A DNA stretch of 64,000 nucleotides from a virus. Lineage: Duplodnaviria > Caudoviricetes. Under the pieces are notes generated by a model. The model was not told the origin of the DNA, made no database searches, and worked only from the letters and a program-made list of their open reading frames with translations. Location of the stretch: the IMG/VR virus record IMGVR_UViG_3300048854_000081, positions 192,001 to 256,000 of that record; one strand, given 5' to 3'. Below, piece after piece: positions 55,935-64,000 of the stretch. The number at the start of each line of letters is the position of its first letter. Position 1 is the stretch's first letter. The position numbers were made by a program, and so were the translations under genes.

Positions 55935-57368
55935 GTGTATATGAATTTTGAAAAGCAGAAATTGATATTGGAATATCTACTATCGTCTAACGATTTATAT
56001 GCTAGATGTTCCAATATCATTAAGAGCGAGTTCTTTGACGTTGAACTCCGTCAGGTGGTTAACTACACATCTGAGTATTATGACAAATATCGCGTCCTCC
56101 CAAAGCTAGATCGCATCAAGGCTGAGTACGATCTAGACTTTAACCTCAAAACTCTCGATAAGACTGACCTTACTTACATTTCTGATGAATGTGAGAGGTT
56201 TGCTAAGCATTGTGGTGTCCGTGAAGCAATCAAGAATTGCATGAAGGATATTGCTGAAGATAATTACGATAACGTAGTAAAACGTGTACAAGATGCCGTC
56301 ATGGTAAGTCTTGACCGTGATGTCGGTGTTGATCTTTATGACAACCCACAATTGCGTCTTGAAGAAGCTGCTGTTGCTATTCAGCTAATCCCAACCGGCA
56401 TTAAAACTCTCGACGATAAGTTGGGCGGTCTAGCACGTCAGCAGTTAACCCTATTCTCCGCTAACTCGGGTGTGGGTAAGTCAGTTGTCATGTCCAACAT
56501 TGGTGACAACCTTGCTGCCAGTGGGTTACATGTAGTTTATATCTCTCTAGAACTTAACCAGAACATGGTTATCACACGATTGGCAGCAATTGCCTCTGGT
56601 GAGGATATTACCACGTGGAAAGAGAACATCCCTAAGATTGCTTCCAAGATTAATGCTATCAAGGATGCGGGTGCTGGTTCTCACGTTGTCAAGCGTCTTA
56701 AGAATGGTTCTAATGCAAATGACATTCGCGCATTCTTAAAACAATACGAATTAGTTTATGGAAGAAAGCCTGATGCTCTCGTGGTTGACTATGTTGACAT
56801 TATGTCCCCTATTGGTGGCATCGGTACCATGTCTGTATCTGAACAAGATAAGGCTAAGTCTGAGCAGCTTTACGAAATCGGTGTGGATTATGATTGCATC
56901 CTTCTATCGGCTTCCCAGCAGAATCGTGATGGTATTAAACAGACTTCACCAGACCAAGCCGTCATCGCGGGTGGTTTCTCTAAGATCAATATCGTAGACA
57001 ACTACATTTCCATTTACATGACTCCGCAGATGCGTCTTGAAGGTGTTATGTTGCTATACTTTCTTAAAACACGCTCTTCTTCCGCAGTTGGTGATAATAT
57101 CCCAGTCAAGTTCAATCGCGATAACTTACAGGTTACCGACATTGGCGATGAGAAGAAGATAAGAGCAGCAATTAGTAGATTATCTTCTGAAAGTAGTACC
57201 AGTGCACCAAAGCATGGCAAACAGCCAGAAAAGAAAGAAGACCGTAAGCCTGTAGGTCCGGTTGTAATGGAAGCAGACATTCCGGGTTTACCGGGTGTAG
57301 AAGTAGAGATAAAAGATGAAAGTGATGAGCATGAATTGTTCGGGCTTATGAGCTTTCTAACCAAGTAA
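55935..57368 (+). CDS. DnaB/gp41-like helicase
   Basis: ANSGVGKS, YISLE, VVDYVD, SASQ.NR, KTRS. Confidence 0.9.
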   Translation: MYMNFEKQKLILEYLLSSNDLYARCSNIIKSEFFDVELRQVVNYTSEYYDKYRVLPKLDRIKAEYDLDFNLKTLDKTDLTYISDECERFAKHCGVREAIKNCMKDIAEDNYDNVVKRVQDAVMVSLDRDVGVDLYDNPQLRLEEAAVAIQLIPTGIKTLDDKLGGLARQQLTLFSANSGVGKSVVMSNIGDNLAASGLHVVYISLELNQNMVITRLAAIASGEDITTWKENIPKIASKINAIKDAGAGSHVVKRLKNGSNANDIRAFLKQYELVYGRKPDALVVDYVDIMSPIGGIGTMSVSEQDKAKSEQLYEIGVDYDCILLSASQQNRDGIKQTSPDQAVIAGGFSKINIVDNYISIYMTPQMRLEGVMLLYFLKTRSSSAVGDNIPVKFNRDNLQVTDIGDEKKIRAAISRLSSESSTSAPKHGKQPEKKEDRKPVGPVVMEADIPGLPGVEVEIKDESDEHELFGLMSFLTK

Positions 57369-57377
57369 GAGAATGAA

Positions 57378-57647
57378 ATGAAGACCTCAAATATAGTAGA
57401 TAAAACAGTAATTTTAACCACAAAGACCGGACAACTTGAAGTTGCATCCCTACCAAAACATATTAGATATAGCGTGGAAACACTAGATAGATATAATCAA
57501 AAGCGCATGGATATCCTATGTAGCCTAGAGGAAATCGAATTCGCCATTCAGGGTTTAAAGACTCACATTGGTGAACTAGTTACAGAAACAATCAACGCAG
57601 CACTACCTAAGATCGAAAGTCCGGAGCAGAACAATGAAGCAAATTAA
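57378..57647 (+). CDS. Hypothetical protein
   Basis: ORF in operon. Confidence 0.6.
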   Translation: MKTSNIVDKTVILTTKTGQLEVASLPKHIRYSVETLDRYNQKRMDILCSLEEIEFAIQGLKTHIGELVTETINAALPKIESPEQNNEAN

Positions 57648-57843
57648 TATTATCGAAGAATCTAAGACCCTTTCAGATGAGCAGTGGGACAATCTATTTG
57701 CTAGCATGAGAGAATACAATAAGTATGTAGACCTTAAGACTAAGGCTATTTTAGATTTCGATGTATGGTTTGAACATTCTAATAGCATGGACTTTCCCAA
57801 GGAGTGGTATTCCATGATACGTAAGAATAGCGAGGATAAATAA
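57634..57843 (+). CDS. Hypothetical protein
   Basis: Overlapping ORF. Confidence 0.55.
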   Translation: MKQINIIEESKTLSDEQWDNLFASMREYNKYVDLKTKAILDFDVWFEHSNSMDFPKEWYSMIRKNSEDK

Positions 57844-57863
57844 GGTAATAGTCCGGATTAACC

Positions 57864-58376
57864 ATGTCTAAGAAAGAAACTAAAACGAAAGAACTTGAAG
57901 TTGTCAAGCCATCAGGAAGTCCGATGGAAAACTTCTTTGATCTGCCGACCACCGTGAGACCGAAAGAGGTAATCCCTAAAAAAGAGATTATCGCTGGTCC
58001 AGCTTACGATAAGAAAGATGATGAGGTTGAAGAATTGTATGCCAACATCCATGATGCTGCCATGCATATCCACACCCAACTTATTGATGAAGTTCAAGAT
58101 ATGGAACCGGGCGACGGTATGAAAAATTACAATATGGCCGCTGTGTACCTTGAAATGGCATTGAAAGCTGCTGAAAAACGTGGTAAACTTAAGGAACATA
58201 AGGATAAGCACGACCAGCGCGCCAAGAAGGCCACAGTCGGAACGAACATCACTAACAATACATTGACGATTAATACTACGGATTTGATTAAGCAATTAAC
58301 CGCTGTAAAGCCAGATGTCATTGAGGGAGAAGTAGTTCAGATAGAAGAAGAACAGGACAAGAAGACAGATGACTAA
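57864..58376 (+). CDS. Possible terminase small subunit (gp16-like)
   Basis: Helical, TNNTL..NTTDLIK.L C-terminal motif, late promoter, near TerL. Confidence 0.5.
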   Translation: MSKKETKTKELEVVKPSGSPMENFFDLPTTVRPKEVIPKKEIIAGPAYDKKDDEVEELYANIHDAAMHIHTQLIDEVQDMEPGDGMKNYNMAAVYLEMALKAAEKRGKLKEHKDKHDQRAKKATVGTNITNNTLTINTTDLIKQLTAVKPDVIEGEVVQIEEEQDKKTDD

Positions 58377-60063
58377 TCAAATATTGTCAAATGGTACTGA
58401 AGATTTCATTCTAAAGTATCGTGCGGCAGCGAAGGTAAAGCTTACACGTGAACAGTTAGCAGCCTATTTACAAATGGAACCACGCTCGGTTCTTCGTAAG
58501 AAACAAAAGATCAAACAGCATATAGGATTCGATCTACCAATCCTAAAGTCTGATCCACAGCTTGCCTTGGATAAAGATACCAAAGATAAGTTTGAAGCCG
58601 TGCTTAAGACGATGGCTGATTCTATTCTTAAGGCTGAAAAGGTTAATAACGTAGCACAAAAGACTAAGATTAATATTCAAAAGAATAAAGTCTATGTTAT
58701 AACCTCGGCTCAAAATGCTACTCCTATTTTCGCCCCATTTCTTAAGACCTTAGAGCGCTATTCAAAAGAAAGGGAAGCACAGTTAGTTGTGATTCCTTAT
58801 CGTTATAAGAATCCAACATCGGTCTGGACGGAAGCAAAAAACGATTATTGGCATGCTGATCTTGTACCTTATCTTCTTGATGAAGAATCAAAGGTTGGTA
58901 AGCACATTAGAATTATGGGTAATATCAAGATTCAACCTACAGCTTCAAGTCCATTGTCTGGTTTTGAATCGGTATCTGGACTTGATTCTGCCATCTTCGG
59001 TCATCCTACGGTTGAATGGAAAACCATTTCGTCAGTAGCAGATAAATCACCAAAGATTCTAGTATCAACTGGTTCGGTAACCGTCCCCAATTATACAGAT
59101 TCTAAGGCTGGTCACAAGGGTGCATATCATCACACATATTCCGCCATTGTTCTAGAAATCGATGAAGATGAAACGTTCCATATTCGTCAGATAACCGCGA
59201 ATGATAAGGGTCACTTCTACGATTTAGATGTGCATTACACACAGAATACAAGCACTTCAGGTAAGAGAGCATTAGCTCTAGTGGCTGGTGACATACATGC
59301 TGAAGTAGTGAGTGTTGACGTAGTAGAAGCATTGTTTACGGGTGATAACTCGGTAGCAGCTAGATTACAACCACAACACTTTGTATTCCATGATTTGATT
59401 GATGGTTCGGCTCGTTCACACCACAACATTCGTGATGCCTTGGGTAGATATAGAAAGCATTTGTACAATGACAATAACAATGTTGAAGAGTCAATGCAAA
59501 TCGTTGCCAACTTCATTGAATCGGTAAGTAGACCGAATACTCAAAATCATATCGTGAAGTCTAACCATGACGAACATATTGATCGTTGGTTGAGAGAAGC
59601 TGATCCGGCTGTTGATCCAGAAAATGCTAAGTTCTATCATTACCTAAAGTATCATCAGTATCGTTCGGTGTATGAAAATACACACTTCGATGCAATCAAA
59701 TTCTGGTGTGAGAATCCTGATGAGTTTGATGGTATGGACCCTGATGTATTCGAAAGAACACACTTCCTAACCAGAAATGAAAACTTTGAGATTGGTGGTA
59801 TAGAACTATCTCTCCACGGTGACGTAGGTCCGAATGGTTCACGTGGTAGTTTGAAGAGTCTGGCAAGGATGGGTCAGAAGTTGATCATAGGACATTCTCA
59901 TACACCGGGAATTTCGAATGGTTCTTATCAGGTCGGTACAACTTCCAAGTTGAGACTAGATTACAATAAGGGGCCAAGTTCTTGGTTGAATACCGCCGCC
60001 ATTGTATATCCAGATGGTAATGTAACGTTAATAAATGTTATAAATGGAAAGTGGAACCTCTAA
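58369..60063 (+). CDS. Metallophosphoesterase-domain protein with N-terminal HTH-like region
   Basis: AGDIH, FHDL.D, SNHD, LHG, GHSH. Confidence 0.75.
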   Translation: MTNQILSNGTEDFILKYRAAAKVKLTREQLAAYLQMEPRSVLRKKQKIKQHIGFDLPILKSDPQLALDKDTKDKFEAVLKTMADSILKAEKVNNVAQKTKINIQKNKVYVITSAQNATPIFAPFLKTLERYSKEREAQLVVIPYRYKNPTSVWTEAKNDYWHADLVPYLLDEESKVGKHIRIMGNIKIQPTASSPLSGFESVSGLDSAIFGHPTVEWKTISSVADKSPKILVSTGSVTVPNYTDSKAGHKGAYHHTYSAIVLEIDEDETFHIRQITANDKGHFYDLDVHYTQNTSTSGKRALALVAGDIHAEVVSVDVVEALFTGDNSVAARLQPQHFVFHDLIDGSARSHHNIRDALGRYRKHLYNDNNNVEESMQIVANFIESVSRPNTQNHIVKSNHDEHIDRWLREADPAVDPENAKFYHYLKYHQYRSVYENTHFDAIKFWCENPDEFDGMDPDVFERTHFLTRNENFEIGGIELSLHGDVGPNGSRGSLKSLARMGQKLIIGHSHTPGISNGSYQVGTTSKLRLDYNKGPSSWLNTAAIVYPDGNVTLINVINGKWNL

Positions 60064-60093
60064 AAGAAAAAGCCCGCGAAAGCGGGCTTTTTA
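60063..60093. terminator. Bidirectional terminator
   Basis: aaaagcccgc-gaaa-gcgggcttttt. Confidence 0.9.
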
Positions 60094-60351
60094 TTAGTTC
60101 TTATCGAACTTTTTAGATTCACAATGTCCACACTGCCATTTACCAGAATTTAGAATAGCTCTGGTAGTCGATGCTGGTTCACCGCATCCATCACAGTGAC
60201 CTTCTACCATATCAGCAGCCATTTTGTCATCTTCTACTCTTTCGAAGACGGCTTTGCTTTTCTGATTAATGTATTCCTTGTGAAAGGACTTTGCGGATTC
60301 CATATCTCCATTAATAAGGGCTTGTACTGCTTGGGTTAGAATGGCTTTCAT
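60094..60351 (-). CDS. Small protein with C-terminal zinc ribbon
   Basis: CDGC...CGHC. Confidence 0.6.
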   Translation of the reverse strand: MKAILTQAVQALINGDMESAKSFHKEYINQKSKAVFERVEDDKMAADMVEGHCDGCGEPASTTRAILNSGKWQCGHCESKKFDKN

Positions 60352-60476
60352 TTTGGTTCTGTTCTCAATTATTCTATTATTTATTATGCTTTAATCAATA
60401 TGATCGAATATTTGTTATATCTATGACGGACATACATTTTTTGGCCCCATAAATAAAATTATAATAGATTTCATTT

Positions 60477-62051
60477 ATGGCGATTAACAATCCAAAACTC
60501 AAAAAACCGTTTACCAAGATAACCTATACTCAAGAAATGATCGATGAAATGCGCAGATGCATTACCGATCCAGTATATTTTATTAAGAACTACGTCTATG
60601 TCCTTCACCCAAAGAGAGGTAAGATCAAGTTCGAACTGTATCCCTTTCAGGAAGAAATGATACGATGCTACCAAAACAATCGTTGGAGTATTTCCAAGAT
60701 TGCCCGTCAGTCTGGTAAGACAGAAACAACCTGTGCCTATCTAGCATGGTTCGCAATGTTTCAACCTGACAAGACCGTCCTTGTGGCAGCTAACAAACTG
60801 ACGAACGCCAAGGAAATCATTAACCGTATTCAGGGCATCTACGAAGAATTGCCGGATTGGCTGAAGCCGGGTATCGACGAAAGCGAATGGAATAAGACTT
60901 CTCTATCGTTTGAAAATGGTTCCAAGATCATGTCGCAGGCCACGTCGGTAAACACTGGTCGTGGTTTCGCTATTTCGTTACTATACTTGGACGAGCTTGC
61001 GTTCGTACCTCCACATGTTCAAGATGCTATGTGGGCATCCATCTTCCCTGTACTTTCTACGGGTGGTTCGTGTATCATCAGTTCAACCCCTAATGGTTCT
61101 GTAGACTTGTACTCAAGTCTATTTCGTAACGCTGTTACCGGAGAAAATGGCTTTGCTTACATTGACATTAAATGGTGGCAGGTTCCGGGTCGTGATGAGA
61201 AGTTTAAAAAGGATACTATTTCCAAGGTAGGTCAACGAAAGTGGGATCAGGAATATGAATGTCAGTTCCTTACCACTGAACATACGCTTATCGATCTTGT
61301 TGCTTTGGAACGTGCTGAAAGTTCGATGTCTGAACCAGCCTTCAAGGTCGGTGAACTATTCAACCAACCGTTCTGGAAGATTCCTAATCCCAATCTCACC
61401 TACATTGTGGGGGTTGACCCGGCTCAGGGTGTCGGCAACGATTACAGCGTCATTGAGGTCTTTGAATTCCCTACCATGGAACAGGTGGCCGAGTATCGAA
61501 CAGATAGCCAGTCACCAGCTACATTGTATTCTTACTTGAAGACAGTTCTTAGATTCCTAGAGAAACATGGTCGTGAGGTTTACTATTCTGTAGAAAACAA
61601 CGCGCTTGGTCAGGCCATCATCGCTCTGTATGAAGCGGATATCAATCCATTACAGAAAGCCATCTTTATGTCGGAAGACGGCAAGGATGTTCTAGGTTAT
61701 AACTCTAACATTAAGACTAAGAACAAAACGTTGCTTACTTTTAAGGAAATGTTTGAACGTGGTCATATCAAGTTGAATTCTAAGATTCTAATTGATGAGC
61801 TTAAGTCTCTGGTTCGAAAGGATAGTACCTTCAAGGCTATGACAGGTAAACACGATGACTGTGTTTTCGCTACATTAATCGTAATCCGAGTGGTTGAAGA
61901 TATGGCTTTTTATGACAGGAAAGCGTATGATAAGTTGTACTCTTTTCAACATGTCAAAACTGACAACTGGGCATTTGATCCACACAATGTGGAACATAAT
62001 GTTAATCCAGATGACGACGATATTGGCTACATGCCATTCTCATTCGGTTGA
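60477..62051 (+). CDS. Terminase large subunit (gp17-like)
   Basis: ARQSGKT, LYLDELAF, SSTPNG, QEYEC.F, GVDPA.G, HDD. Confidence 0.97.
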   Translation: MAINNPKLKKPFTKITYTQEMIDEMRRCITDPVYFIKNYVYVLHPKRGKIKFELYPFQEEMIRCYQNNRWSISKIARQSGKTETTCAYLAWFAMFQPDKTVLVAANKLTNAKEIINRIQGIYEELPDWLKPGIDESEWNKTSLSFENGSKIMSQATSVNTGRGFAISLLYLDELAFVPPHVQDAMWASIFPVLSTGGSCIISSTPNGSVDLYSSLFRNAVTGENGFAYIDIKWWQVPGRDEKFKKDTISKVGQRKWDQEYECQFLTTEHTLIDLVALERAESSMSEPAFKVGELFNQPFWKIPNPNLTYIVGVDPAQGVGNDYSVIEVFEFPTMEQVAEYRTDSQSPATLYSYLKTVLRFLEKHGREVYYSVENNALGQAIIALYEADINPLQKAIFMSEDGKDVLGYNSNIKTKNKTLLTFKEMFERGHIKLNSKILIDELKSLVRKDSTFKAMTGKHDDCVFATLIVIRVVEDMAFYDRKAYDKLYSFQHVKTDNWAFDPHNVEHNVNPDDDDIGYMPFSFG

Positions 62052-62082
62052 TAGATAAATACTATTAATTGGAGATTGAGCT

Positions 62083-62598
62083 TTGAAAGAGCAAATATTG
62101 TTAGAACTCAGTTACTTCGACCTTGAAGGTAGAACTAACAACACCATGGGTCCAGAAAGAAAGCAGCGTGCCGGTAAGGTAAAGCTAGATAACCTAACTT
62201 TCATTCCTATGTCTGCTAATGGTAACCTTAAGGTGGGTTCCAACACTACGTCCAATAACGGTCACGATTATTGGACGACTCTTATGTTTGACAACATCAA
62301 TTACGTTGATGCTGAAGAGCCTAATAAAACCTTTAGCTTTACAGGTTCAGACAATACAGAGTACTTCATCCAGCGGGTTCCTAGGAATGCTAACGTTAAG
62401 GTGAACTGTTCCTGCTTGGATTTCCATTATCGTTTTGCGGTATGGGATAACAAGTTCAAGGCTCTTGATGGTAATCCACCACCTCCATATGTTAAGAAAA
62501 GCAATCGCCCATCTGTTAACCCAATGCAGTCTCCGGGTGTCTGTAAGCATGTGATTTCCTTAATGGATGATCTACGCTCACAAAACTTTTTCGTATAA
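62083..62598 (+). CDS. SWIM-type zinc-finger protein
   Basis: VNCSCLDF...NP...GVCKH. Confidence 0.75.
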   Translation: MKEQILLELSYFDLEGRTNNTMGPERKQRAGKVKLDNLTFIPMSANGNLKVGSNTTSNNGHDYWTTLMFDNINYVDAEEPNKTFSFTGSDNTEYFIQRVPRNANVKVNCSCLDFHYRFAVWDNKFKALDGNPPPPYVKKSNRPSVNPMQSPGVCKHVISLMDDLRSQNFFV

Positions 62599-62604
62599 TT
62601 ATAC

Positions 62605-62633
62605 TTGACAGAATAACTGTTAAGGTTTAGAAT
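62605..62633 (+). promoter_or_regulatory. Sigma70-type promoter for SSB
   Basis: TTGACA-17-TAGAAT. Confidence 0.7.
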
Positions 62634-62758
62634 TCATTCATCTTCCCAAACAGATGATAAATAGAATAGTCAGAGGAACATTTCTGATTTAGAAGTAGCA
62701 ACACTTAGAATAGTAACACCAAGAAGTTTCGATAGAAGAATAATAAGGAGTATTTTAG

Positions 62759-63757
62759 ATGAAACCTAAGAGAGATTTATCTGCGATTCGCAGCGCACTA
62801 AAGGCCAAGGGCGAAAAGAAGACCACAGGCGGTAACAACCGCAATTTCGGTGACATGTATCCGTTCTGGAACATCGAAGAAGGTCAAAAGGCCATCATCC
62901 GCGTCCTACCATATGCTGGTATTGAAGACGACGCAACCAACCCATTCGTAGACAAGCTAGAACATGTTATCTCCATCAATGGTGAAGATAAGAAGATTCC
63001 GTGTCTGAACATGTATGGCGAGAAGTGCCCAATCTGTGCCCTATCGGCTAAGTATTACAAGTCTGATGGTAAGGGTTCGGTAAAGGGTAAGTACTACTGG
63101 CGTGACAAGAAGTCTCTTGCTAGCGTTTACGTAGTAAAAGACCCACTTCCAGTCAACGAAGAAACCGGTGAAAACGATCAGGGTAAGCAGAAGATTGTTC
63201 AGTTGGGTAACCAGTTGTCCGGTAAGTATGAGAAGGCATTCATTGCTCTTCTTGAAGATGAAGATGATCCAATCGATGACGTTACATGGGATTTGGAAAA
63301 CGGTCGTAACTTCGCTATCGTAAAAGATATGAAGGGTGAGTATGCCAATTACGAATCGTCTAGCAATTTCGCTAGCAAGTCCACTTCTCTACCGGCTGAA
63401 TTCATTGAATCGTTTGAACCAGTTGATCTACGTAAGTATCTTCCAGAAAATCCGGGTCTAGAAAAAGTCCAGAGAATGCTAGATGCTCACCTATCTGGTG
63501 AAGACTTTGAAGATGATGACAAGCCAGTTGCCAGTAAGCCAAAGGCTGAGGAAGCTGTTGAGACCAAGCCAGCCGCAACCAAGACCGCAAAGGTTAAGGT
63601 AGTGGAACAGGCCGAAGATAGTGAAGAGGAAGAAGTTCCTAAGACTGTCAAGAAGACTGCTGCAAAGCCAGTCGTCGAAGAAGCTCAGGATTCCGTAGAT
63701 GAAGATGGTGAAGAAGACGATTTCTTAGCTAAGCTAAAGCGTCGCAAGGGCGGTTAA
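62759..63757 (+). CDS. Single-stranded DNA-binding protein (gp32-like)
   Basis: IR.LP, PC...GE.CPIC, G.NF, YANYE.S.F, acidic tail. Confidence 0.88.
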   Translation: MKPKRDLSAIRSALKAKGEKKTTGGNNRNFGDMYPFWNIEEGQKAIIRVLPYAGIEDDATNPFVDKLEHVISINGEDKKIPCLNMYGEKCPICALSAKYYKSDGKGSVKGKYYWRDKKSLASVYVVKDPLPVNEETGENDQGKQKIVQLGNQLSGKYEKAFIALLEDEDDPIDDVTWDLENGRNFAIVKDMKGEYANYESSSNFASKSTSLPAEFIESFEPVDLRKYLPENPGLEKVQRMLDAHLSGEDFEDDDKPVASKPKAEEAVETKPAATKTAKVKVVEQAEDSEEEEVPKTVKKTAAKPVVEEAQDSVDEDGEEDDFLAKLKRRKGG

Positions 63758-63772
63758 TCCCACCTTGTAAAA

Positions 63773-63805
63773 CAAAGGGGAGCTAACCACTCCCCTTTTC
63801 TTTTT
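63773..63805 (+). terminator. Intrinsic terminator
   Basis: aaaggggag...ctcccctttt. Confidence 0.8.
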
Positions 63806-63833
63806 ATACCATAATAATTATAAGGATAAATCC

Positions 63834-64000
63834 ATGAGTATGTTCGAAAAGTTTAAAAAAGAGTTTAACAAAGCTAGCGTGAAGGCTGGCATTCCTATCA
63901 AGAATCCACCACCAACATTCTTTATCGATTCCGGTAGCGTGATCCTTAACAAGATCATCAGCGGTCATTATGATCGTGGTTGGGCACAGGGTCGTCTTGG
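63834..64000 (+). CDS. UvsX/RecA-like recombinase, N-terminal fragment
   Basis: FIDSGS.ILN.IISG...G...GR. Confidence 0.8.
   Translation, partial: MSMFEKFKKEFNKASVKAGIPIKNPPPTFFIDSGSVILNKIISGHYDRGWAQGRL

Noticed and set aside
1-64000. Stop-codon recoding
   Set aside because: Core genes are intact in code 11 and no suppressor anticodon was found.

Overview
64-kb segment of a large T4-like (jumbo) myovirus genome in standard genetic code, almost all genes on the + strand. Core virion and replication genes present: prohead protease (partial), scaffold, major capsid, tail sheath, neck gp13/gp14, terminase, gp41-like helicase, gp32 SSB and UvsX (partial). Between them lie long accessory regions with five tRNA clusters (25 intact tRNAs plus several interrupted or tRNA-like RNAs), four free-standing homing endonucleases, a ter stress operon, a PARP/ART/ARH ADP-ribosylation set, Acb2, Pth2, Orn, ClpP- and HslV-like proteases, an OM beta-barrel and a 1005-aa Thr/Pro-rich protein. 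Best candidate for a new system: a classical leader-peptide attenuator in front of the first tRNA cluster (promoter, 32-codon uORF, antiterminator, intrinsic terminator; 9443-9660). Its 16 sensor codons use only Asn, Ile, Phe, His, Tyr, Asp and Lys, which are exactly the seven amino acids served by the tRNAs downstream. This suggests the phage senses host tRNA depletion and switches on replacement tRNAs. Other notable signals: accessory proteins carrying capsid-, portal- and terminase-like motifs (possible immune decoys), tRNA genes with structured insertions in the anticodon arm, and a recurrent late-promoter/RBS-hairpin switch. All calls are from reading the sequence by eye; no searches or folding programs were run.
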